A DNA stretch of 64,000 nt from the NCBI GenBank assembly GCA_024679065.1, contig JAGIQG010000017.1, positions 32,798,001 to 32,862,000 of the forward strand, written 5' to 3'. The stretch is from Sphyrna mokarran. Its lineage: Eukaryota. Shown here piece by piece: positions 37,404-47,378 of the stretch; position 1 is the stretch's first letter; every line of letters starts with the position of its first letter. Made by a program: the position numbers and the translations under genes. A model generated the notes under the pieces. It saw only the letters and a program-made list of their open reading frames with translations. It did no database searches and was not told the DNA's origin.

Positions 37404-37540
37404 CAGGATGCATGGGTTAGAGGGATTAGTGGATATAACATGTAGGGATATGGAAGTAGGACTTGGGTGGGATTGTGTTCGGTGCAGACTCGAAAGGCCG
37501 AAGGGCCTCTTTCTGCACTGTAGGGTTCTATGATTCTATG
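37404..37540 (+). mobile_element. HE1-like SINE 3' part, tail type A
   Basis: GGTGCAGACTCGAAAGGCCGAAGGGCCTCTTCTGCACTGTAGGGTTCTATGATTCTATG. Confidence 0.85.
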
Positions 37541-38404
37541 GTTCGATAAACATTTTTAAAAAGCAATGCATTAGCATCAAGAGAAGAGAAATGGACTTCT
37601 CAGTAACCTGAGAGTCGGTGTGTGAGATTAACCTATTTGTCTGATTCCTATTTGTCTATTTTCAAGGGAAGCATCTCTGTTTACTGCCAGCCACCAACTA
37701 CCTTACTGGGATCAGGAATTTACCTCCCTGATAGCTTTCAAAATTTACATTCAATAGTAAATTAGAAAATAGTCATTGATTTTTGAACAACAGTATATGG
37801 TAGCATTTAGAATAGAGAGCAAGCATTTCCTTGATAGATTAAGTCTTATATTTTCCAATCAATAGCTCTTGTCACCACCAGAAATAATGCCTTTTAGAAT
37901 TGCAAGAGAGAAAAAGTTCTCACCTCATTAACCTTGACTGGATTCAAAGCCAAGACATGAAGGTCAAAGATTAGAAACTAGAATTACTGTCAGCCACATT
38001 AGATGTCTACATGGTTAAAACACTTGTATCACATATTTCTATGTCATTTCAACATAGGTGTTAGCTAGTTCTATTTAAACACTTATCACCCACTATAATA
38101 ACATAAATTATAAATTAAAGGATGTAAAGTCAAGTGCCATCTGCTGCAATGGTAGTAAGTCGGCTTCTGCTACAACTTACTAATTAGGTTTAATATTTGA
38201 GATATGTTCTACCTAAATGTTATTCAACTATATCTTAAACCACACTGTAAAGGACCCCTTGGAACCAACGTAATGGATTGTTGTAATTGAACATTTCATT
38301 CAATGTTCATTACAGTAAAATTTGACAATTTATGTAATAGAAAAATGAAGAATTTATCAATTTGATTGAATGCTATTATACACTGTTTAATAAAATTTAT
38401 GTTG

Positions 38405-38530
38405 TGCCGGTATTTTACCACCCTGCCCACTACGGGAAGCAGATTGAGCAAGGGGCAGACAATGGGAAGGTCTGTTGACCTTGAATGGGATTTTACAGTT
38501 TTGGGATGAGCAAGGCCATAAAATCCCACT
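38405..38530. mobile_element. ~125 bp MITE (opposite orientation)
   Basis: ...GGCCATAAAATCCCAC terminus; reverse-complement homologue of 29709-29828. Confidence 0.7.
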
Positions 38531-40604
38531 CTCTTAGAATAAATTGTTTCATAAAATATATGCTTCGTTCAAATCAAGTTGTTTCTACCTTGCTAAGTTT
38601 TCCAAAGTTTCCAGATAATGATTTGCAAAGTTTTGTGTATAATATTTCCCAGCATTGAGAATGTTGTGCTGCCTTCTTTAAATCGGAAATAGTTTCTTTC
38701 ATCAGCTCTTCATGAGCCACAACAGAGATTTGTTTTCTTTAAACTTGTGATCCTTTAATTAATGCGATCCTGATTTTTGCTCTGTTGGCCCATACTGCAA
38801 TAGTGCTGTTTGCAAAGTCGAGTTCTTTGCAGATTATTGGTTGTGATTTTCTCAAAGATTATTCATCAATAATTGATGATTTTGAAGTTTTGATCTCAGA
38901 GACAAAGGTAGGCTTATGGGTGCCATTTTGACCGTCTGCTGTTGCCTTATGCCAGTTGCCTTGTCACAGTTGCCTCTTCTCACCCATTACTTTGGTACAA
39001 TTTTTGTGTGGGTGGAGGTAGAGCAGACTTTATTATTTTAAATCATGCTAATTACCTTCAAATCAAACTGCCGCACATTATTACTAGTCCATCATTGAAA
39101 AGCCCAGAACTTCTTCGGAATATTTTGCTGAATATGTGTATGTTATGGATTCATTTCTGGGGATCACTTGAGACCAGATTGTATACTTCACTTGTGATCT
39201 TCTGCAACCAACAGTGGAAAGAATAAACATTTCATTCTCTGTTCTCTGCTGAATTCAAAATGAGGTGTATTGAGATGAACAATTTAGCTAACCGTGCCTG
39301 ATAAATAGGGAAGTGTCTTTTAATAATACTGTTCAGTGCAGTTGCAAATATACATTAAAGTGAAGTTGCCAGTTACTATCATTGAGAGTTATTAGTTTCT
39401 GTGATCAGGTCTAAAGAGTGCTGGGAAAAGATGGTGTTATATTAGATAATTAGCATTGAAATGTTGGTATTGTGTTTAAACAATAATCTTTGCCGCTCTT
39501 TGTTCCTAGAATATGGTTTTGATTCCAGAGTCACAAAACCATTGTAACCTCAGAGTTAGTAACCCTCAGGCAGATCTTCTAGGGAAAATAAAGTAAAGAT
39601 CATTTCATATCTGATTTAACATAGAGTGAGTCTTCGACCTTCTATTTTTAAAGAGAAGTGCCATTAAAGCAAATTTCATTAAACGATGTATCTAATATGA
39701 GAAATTAAGCTGGATCATCAATGCAAATTAAAATTGGGAATTAAATGTATAAATTAATTTTTGTTTATCACTGTACCAGGCATCCAGTGACAAAGTCCAG
39801 CTTTCAGATCAATGATAAAAGGATTTATGATTCGGATAGACCTAATCATATAACTAGGCAGCAACTTTGAGATTTAACATAGTAATAAGTATTCTCTCTT
39901 CTCAATGTATTTATTCAACACAAATTGGCAAATTGAAAGTTAACTTCCTCAATTAAAACAGCCTTTTTCACAAAAAAATGCTTCATACGCCTGCAATCTT
40001 GGTATATGAGAGCGACGTGTTTCAACAAAACCTACCAACCCCAAAATAGATTTAATGATGAAACTGAAGATGAATAGCCAGTGGCAATGTGAGTTCATAA
40101 CTTGCCACCCACTGAGTAAGCAATTCTGCCCCTTGGGCAGATACGTCAAGGCATTTTAGTGCAAAGAAACATTAAAAGTCAAACTGCAGCAAACAGTTGA
40201 CTATTTTTCTTCTAATAACATCCCCACAGGAATGGCAGACTAATTAGTTTTTAGCATACTCAGTTAAAAAGGGTGAAGAGAAAGGAGGGAACATTGATTG
40301 CTTCAAAAATAAAAGTGAATTATTTTCCAAAGGGGAACCAGACAAATCTGTCGGTTTTAATGTGAGCTTTAACCAATCCTTATGGCCCACTAAATGAATA
40401 TCAATAGCAGTGCAAAGAGGCCCATTACTGGTCCTTAAGAGGCTCAATTGGCCACCCCAGGCAGGAAGGCTTTCCTCAGCCTTGTCACCCTGGACTTTAT
40501 TGGAGAGAGGCAGCAAGGTGGAGTGTCTCCACTCTGTAACCTTCCTGCTCCGTCACACAGCACCTCACTCCCCTGCACCTCTGAAAACTTCTCCTCAATT
40601 CTAT

Positions 40605-40856
40605 TAACTTTCACAAGTAGGCTTACATACTCTGAAAATCCCCCCAGTCGCCACACTTCTGGTGCCTGTTCAGGAACACTGAGGGACACACTTATCCAGC
40701 ACATCTTTTGGACTGGGAGGAAACCAGATTATCCAAAGGAAATCATTGTAGACATGGGGATTACGTGCAAATTCCACACACAATCAGTGACCCAAGTCAG
40801 AAATCAAACACACAATTGCTGACGTGATGAGGAAGCAGCGCTAAGCACTGTGCCAC
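40605..40856 (-). mobile_element. V-SINE-like element, tail type B
   Basis: TCACAAGTAGGCTTAC...GACTGGGAGGAAACC...GCAGCGCTAAGCACTGTGCCA. Confidence 0.85.
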
Positions 40857-41359
40857 AGGCGAGGGGGAATTAAATTTTACTTAGACTGCCCCCAGACGAG
40901 TTCACATAATTCACAATATTAAGAAGTTCTTATGTTTCTCAGAAAGCATTTGGTTAGTGCTTATTAACTCAATAACCTAAGTCCTAACTGAGAATAAAAA
41001 AAACTCACCTTTAACTGTCACTGATCTTCTTCAATAGCACTGATTAAATTTCCTCCACTTCCTTCCTCAATACCCCCACTTCACATTTAAATAATGAGAC
41101 AAATCTTGCAGGAAGCGGCAGTCACCATCAGATTGCCACTTCACTCCTTTTTACTTACCCTGCAGTGGAGCTCCATACTAATCACCCAGACTTTCGAACC
41201 AGGCGTCTCGAGAAATGTTCAGTGTACCAATTCCAGAGTTCTTCCTTCATTGTCATGGAAGGGCGACAGGAAAAGCCAAGCCAGGTCCCATATTTATGGC
41301 TCTTGTTGTAAATTTAAATGTCCCAAAGCCACTTTGATAAGCTATATTTTACTTGGGTA

Positions 41360-41830
41360 TGGATGTTGCTGGCTGAGCCAGATTGCCCATTTATTACTCC
41401 ATTTCAGAAGGCACTTGAGAGTCAACCACATTGCTGTGGATCTGGGATCACATGTGGGTCAGACCAGATAAAGATGACGGATTTCCTTTCCTATAGGGCA
41501 TTAATGAATCAGATGGGTTTTTATGACAATGGTTTCATAGTCATCACTAGACTTTAACTCCGGATCATTTTTAATATGGAATTGGAATTTGAATTCAATA
41601 AAAAATATTTTGAATTAAGAATCAACTGATCATCATGAAACTATTGTCGATTGTCAGAAAACCCCAACTGATTCACGAATGTCCTTTGGGGAAGGAAATC
41701 TGCCATCATTACCTGGTCTGGCCTACTAGAACCACAGCAAAGTGGTTGACTCTCAACTGCCCTTGGATGACTAGGGATGGGCAACAAATACTGGCCAGCC
41801 AGTGACACCCATGTCCCACAAATGAATTAA
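41360..41830. mobile_element. Two headless SINE copies abutting in inverted orientation (41360-41580 minus, 41581-41830 plus)
   Basis: GAGAGTCAACCACATTGCTGTGG versus CCACAGCAAAGTGGTTGACTCTC; both homologous to 28160-28450. Confidence 0.85.
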
Positions 41831-42467
41831 AAGTACAATTCGTGGGCTGAAAATTTGACTATTAATGCAAGAATATCATGTCATGGATGGAGGTGGGAAG
41901 TGGGTCAAACTATATGCCAAGGATGTGCAAAAATGTGAATATTGTGTTGAAGAAATGGGGTCGGCTCATATGCTGGACCATCTTACATAATACAACTTAT
42001 CGTATATTCTCATTGTACTGTACTAGTGTCATGCTGCATATTAGTTAAACAAGTTATCACAGACAAAGCAAGAATTACAAAGCCGGAACCCTAGCGAAGA
42101 TTTTTTTCTATGTTATTTGGATCCTTTTGGATGTTAAAAGCAATTTTCTCTTTAAGTCACATCAACCTGACCTGCACACTCAGACAATTCTCCTTTTTAC
42201 TTACCCTGCACTGAAGATCCATATTTATCACCCAGACTTTCAAGCCAGGCGTCATGAGACACATATATTGTTTTCTTCCAGCATAACACTGCACCTCAGG
42301 CACAGAATGCATGCAAGTCAGGACAGCTTTGTTAAAGACTTTGTTAAACTTTTTTTAAAGATTTTAATACATGCATGTGCCCTAAATATATCAGAAATAA
42401 TAATTTGCTTCCTGATAGTTTGAATATTGAAATACTGAAATGGATAATCAAGTACAAATATACTTGT

Positions 42468-42842
42468 ATGGTGGCGCAGTAATTAGTACGGTTGCCTCAC
42501 AGTGCCAGGGATCTGGGTTCGATTCTCAGCTTTGGTGACTGTCTGTGTGGAGTTTGCACATTCTCTCTGTATCTGTGTGGGTTTCTTCGAGGTGGTCTGG
42601 TTTCCTGCCACAATCCAAAGATGTGTAGGTTAGGTGCATTGACTGTACTAAATTGCGCCTTAGTGTCGTGGGATGCATAGGTTAGAGGGATTAGCAGGAT
42701 AATTATGTGAGGTTACTGAGATAGGACAGTGATGGGGGTGCGGGGGGTGGTGTTACGCCTGGGTAAGATGCTATGTCAAAGAGTCGGTGCAGACTCAATG
42801 GGCCGAATGGCCTCCTTCTGCACTGTAGATATTCTATGATTC
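42468..42842 (+). mobile_element. HE1-like SINE, tail type A
   Basis: TGGTGGCGCAGT head, GGTTCGATTC B-box, core, GATATTCTATGATTC tail. Confidence 0.92.
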
Positions 42843-43116
42843 ATCAACTTTAGAACGGGAAGTCTCTGACCCGAGTCAACATGACCTGAGCAGACACAAA
42901 TCATGTTTACCTTGTGGTTTTTTTTATATTGCTTACGAGGTCCAGCAAGCAGAATCACAGATGCCCTTTATTATTATTCTGTGGTACATCTTACTTTTGA
43001 AGTCATTTTATTTACCTTAGTCTTTGGCTAGCCTTTTCTTCAACCAGTGTTGTGTAAGTAAATATATGCTTATGTATGGTATCCAAAAAACTGGAATAAT
43101 CTCAAACCATGGAGGG

Positions 43117-43443
43117 TTGGCATGGTGGCACAGTGATTAGCACTGCTGCCTGACAACACCGTAGACCCAGTTTCAATTCTGGCCTTGGGTGACTACCTAT
43201 GTGGAGTTTGTATAACACACCCTCCGTCCCTTCTGCATGGATTTCCTCCGAGTGCTGTAGTTTCGTCCCACACTCCAAAGATGTGCAGGTTAGAGGGACT
43301 GGCCCTTAGTGTCCCAAGATGTATAGATTAGATGGATTAGTCCTGGAAAATGTGTAGGATTATGGTGATAGAGCAGAGGATACTCTGTCAAAAAGTCACT
43401 GAGACTTGTTGGGCCAAATGGCTTCTTCTGCATGTAGGGATTT
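43117..43443 (+). mobile_element. HE1-like SINE, tail type A
   Basis: GGTGGCACAGTGATTAGCACTGCTGCC head; core; GGGCCAAATGGC tail. Confidence 0.88.
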
Positions 43444-43971
43444 TTAATTTTATGAAATCTATAACTGGTTCCAAGGGTTTTGGATAAAGGATCCTCGACC
43501 TGTAGTTAGATAAAGGAAATCATTCTCCAGCGGATTATTGCTCACTTCAGATAGAGAATGTTTCCCCCGGCCATTACTCTAATTCACAATCCACTTACCA
43601 GAAAAATAGTCTCATCTGCTTTCAAGATATGTATGGTTGTTGAGCTCGAAGACACAAATCTTCCATTTAGCTTGATGAGTAGTGGGAGATGACAATGAAA
43701 CACAAAGTACCTTGTACAAGGTAAAAAGACATCATTCTGCATGGTGCTGATGGTAATGTGGCATTTCAGGAATTACTACCTATTTTAGCATGCCACTATC
43801 CTTGACGGAATCTTTGAACTGATATATGTAAGCTCACACTCACAACATGGAACTACCTTTGGGATCTTGCACACATTGTATAAGAAGTGTAATTGAAGCT
43901 GTTTAAAGTGCCAGAGTGTTCATTTGCAAGGTTCCCATCTGACAAAAACAAAATGAGAGGGAATAAAGCTG

Positions 43972-44187
43972 CGTGTGTGGGTTTTCTCCAGGTGCTCCGC
44001 TTTCCTCCCACAGTCCAAAGATGTGCAGATTAGGTTGATTGGCCATACTAAATTTCCCTTTAATGTCAGGGGGATTAATGAGGCAAATCTCTCATTAATT
44101 ACAGTGATAGTGCCGGGTAGGATTTCAATCGGTGCAGACTCAATGAGCCAAATGGCCTCCTGCACTGTAGGGATTCTGTGTTTCTAT
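43972..44187 (+). mobile_element. 5'-truncated HE1-like SINE, tail type A
   Basis: TTTCCTCCCACAGTCCAAAGATGTGCAG core; CTGTAGGGATTCT tail. Confidence 0.88.
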
Positions 44188-44617
44188 GCAAATAATTTAA
44201 ATATGATTTTAACTGAGATCTATGTGAATGGGAGTGGAACATTCCATGCAGAGAATATCTTGGATTTTGAATAGATAATCCGATTAAAAAGGCTGCATTC
44301 ATTGATCAGCAGTGTGATGCTTGGCAGTGGGGCAAGGTTTTCTGGCCTCCTCCCTCCTCTGTATTGTTTTCTGGCACTGCATTCTCAATGGGAAGCAGGA
44401 AGAGTTTAAATTTCATCAATCTCTTTCTATTTTATAAGCTACAAAGTGATGAACAACATCAGAGATAGATACACAAAGGATGAATTGCAAGGCCAACAGT
44501 GGAGATATGGCTGAGGAGTATTAGATAATGAGATCTAAATTAAGAGATTCTCTTCAACTCAGCACCAGATTGAATCTTCCAGTGGCCTGTTAAAGATTAT
44601 TGAACAGACATCCAGTG

Positions 44618-45166
44618 GAAAGGATGTCCCGAGGCATGGTACACTAGGGAGACCATGCAGAAGCTAAAACAACCCTCGACAATCACCAAGCAAGATTGTA
44701 CTCTTCCCGGGTCATGGGTATTTGGCCTCTGATCTTTGGGTAAACGTTCTTCACAACACATGACAGAATCGTTGAGCAGAAACTGATAGGCTCAACCGGG
44801 ATCTTGGGTACATGTCACACAATCTGTAACCCCCATACCTGGACTGGGCTTGCAACATCTCACTTACTGTCCTGTCTGGAGACTATATACATCTCTTTAA
44901 CCTATGCCTAGTGCTATTTCCACTCACATTTTCTGCATCTTTAAGAATTGATTACCTGTAAAGACTCACATTCTAATCAGTATTTTATAAACTGAGTGTG
45001 TGCCATTATATGACTTGTTTGTGATCAGAACTCCCCACTCACGTGACAAAGGAGCAGCGTCCAAAAACTAGTGGTGTTTGCTACAAATAAACCTATTGGA
45101 CTTTAATCTGGTGTTGTGAGACTTCTTACTGTGTTTACCCCAGTCCAACACTGGTATATCCACATC
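44618..45166 (+). mobile_element. Penelope-like element (family 2) 3' part: GIY-YIG relic plus terminal repeat with decayed hammerhead
   Basis: KGCPEAWY(T)/GETMQKLKQ, i.e. C...WYIGET.Q.L; TCAC-GTGACAA-AGGAGCAGCGTCC-AAAA-ACTA-GTGG at ~45039-45074; ends CCCCAGTCCAACACTGGTATATCCACATC. Confidence 0.8.
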
Positions 45167-45346
45167 TTGTTTTCCAGCAGCAGGGGTGGTTCACCATCAG
45201 CTGGCAGTGGGATTTTTCCATCCTGCCGAAGTCAATGACTACTTGCATTGTTCACCAACTATGCAGGTGGGGAAACTGCAGCAAGGGGTCACCTTTGGCG
45301 GGACTGGAAGATACTGCCGGTGAAATGGCTGGAAAATCCGGGCCCA
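45167..45346. mobile_element. MITE right part; left part at ~44329-44371; uninterrupted relative at 63708-63899
   Basis: GGGCAAGGTTTTCTGGCC...GGCTGGAAAATCCGGGCCC termini; internal similarity to 63708-63899. Confidence 0.6.
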
Positions 45347-45469
45347 TAAATCAAACCATTATCTCACTCACACATAATATTAGAGACACAAACATTAATT
45401 TTCTTAATTGTTCCTCTGTGCACATTGTTTTCTAGGTGCACTTGCAATGTTTTTGGCTCAGATTACAAG

Positions 45470-45615
45470 AACAAGGATTTGTACTTACATAAAGCACCTT
45501 GAATATAGTAAGATGTCTCAGAGTGAAATGTTATAGAATAAAGATTTGACACCTGGACACATAAAGAAAAGTTGGACAGGTGACCAAAAGCTTGGTTATA
45601 GAGGTAAGTAGGAGG
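45470..45615 (-). mobile_element. L2-like LINE 3' end remnant
   Basis: ...TACATAAAGCACCTT...GATGTCTCAGAGTG...GGACAGGTGACCAAAAGCTTGG, a reverse-complement L2 3' pattern. Confidence 0.55.
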
Positions 45616-45838
45616 GGGGAGAGAAAGAAAATAATGAGCTGTTCAAAAACAGTTTGTTCAATCAGTGAACTATATGGAAAATATCATGCTACTCCCTGGT
45701 CACCAAAATGCCAGCAATGCCACTGTTTACAGTCTAAATGACAGTTGTGATAAAGTTTAGCTTACCAGAGGAACTCACATTTGCCATTTACTGCAGCTAG
45801 AACACCGCTGATTAACTTCTCACGGTTTTCTGAAAAGT

Positions 45839-46036
45839 AGCCATGATATGGAGATGCCAGTGTTGGATTAGAGTGGGCACGGTAAGGAGTCTCACAACAC
45901 CAAGTTAAAATCCAACAGGTTTCTTTGGAATCACGAGCTTTCGGAGCTGATTCATCTGATAAAGAAGCAATCCTCCGAAAGCTCATGATTCTAAATAAAG
46001 CTGTTAGACTTTAACCTGATGTTGTGAGACTCCATA
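45839..46036. mobile_element. Penelope family-2 terminal-repeat insert with inverted duplication and 11-bp TSD
   Basis: TTCTGAAAAGT at 45828-45838 and 46037-46047; ~60-bp inverted arms; CTGATAA...CTCCGAAAGCTC hammerhead-like core. Confidence 0.85.
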
Positions 46037-46239
46037 TTCTGAAAAGTGAACGGCAGAGAAACTTCAAGGAATTATGACTTGTGGAAATGGTGTCCTTTGT
46101 CACTTACATGATAATTTGCTGTCTTCTGTGTACAGCACTTTTCTCCTTTTCTGAAATGAGAATGGCACATGTCTTCAAGAAATTCTTATAAGTAGGCAAG
46201 TGTCATGACCAACTTGCACACAGCCAGGACGTAAGTGAG

Positions 46240-46520
46240 ATCTGTTTCTTTTAAAAATAATGAAGTTGGTTGAAGGTAAATGTTGACTGGAACACATTCT
46301 CTTTTCTTGGAATGGGATGGTGCAATGGAACTATTTGACGTCCACCTCGGAGAAGAGAATAATCTCTATTCAATATTCCAGCTGAAAGGCTACTCATTTG
46401 ACAAAGCAGCACTCCCTCAGAATCGCATTGTCTCAGTTACAATGCCAAGTTTCTGGAGTGGGTCTAAAACTCAGAACATCCTGATTCAGGGCGAGAATGT
46501 CACTACTTGAGACAAGCCTG
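46240..46520 (-). mobile_element. DeuSINE-family SINE fragment
   Basis: GCAGCACTCCCTCAG...CTGGAGTGGG...CTGATTCAG, reverse-complement homologue of 23515-23700. Confidence 0.6.
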
Positions 46521-46624
46521 ATATGTGTAGTGATAATATAAAACTGAAAACATAATTAGTGTCCATTCCAGATAAGTATTTAATGGAAAAAATATAATCA
46601 GCACATGTAAGCACTGAAGTCTTA

Positions 46625-47378
46625 TTCAGTGCAAAGTTGTCCGCTATGGAAGGAAACTAAAAAATAATATTTTTTGAATGGTGAGAGATTGAGTAGTGTT
46701 TAGTGTTTACATTCAAAGGAACCTGAGTTTCCTTCTGCGTGAATCACAGAAGTTAACAAGCAGTTATGGCAGATAACTAGAAAAATAAACTAATGTTAGG
46801 TTCTGCTGCAAAGGTATTGCAGTATTAAAGTGAAGGAGTCTTATTACAGTTATACAGGGCATTAAGGCCACGACTGATGCAATGGGCACAATCCTGGTTT
46901 CCTTATAGTTGCCCAAAAGTTGCAACTAAGTTTCACTAGATTGATTCTGGAGTGACGGGTTTGTCTTATGAGCATAAACTGAGTGGACTAAGCCTATGTA
47001 CTCTGGCACTTGGAAGGATGAACAGTGATTTAATTGGAATTTATAAATGTCTTAAGCAGTCTGACAAGGTAGATGCTAAGAAAATATGTCCTTGCTGGGG
47101 AATCTAAATCACTGGGTCTCAGACTCAGAATATGGGGTTTAATTTGGTAAGGAGAAATTTTTTTGCTTGAAAGTTTGTGAAGCTTTGGAATTCTTTGCAC
47201 CAAAAAGCTATGGATGCTCAGCCATTGATAATACTCTAAGGAAATTAAGAAGTATGGAGAATAGTTCTGGAACACTGAGTTGGGGTAGGACATTAGCCAT
47301 GATTTTATTTTATGGGGGAACAGGCTTGAAGGGCCAAATGATTGATTCCCGTTCTCATTTCTTATGTTACTATGTTCT
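46625..47378 (+). mobile_element. Old, decayed CR1 LINE 3' part
   Basis: Degenerate LLQLYRAL.RP and WNSL motifs; tail GGCTTGAAGGGCCAAATG...CTTATGTTACTATGTTCT. Confidence 0.75.
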
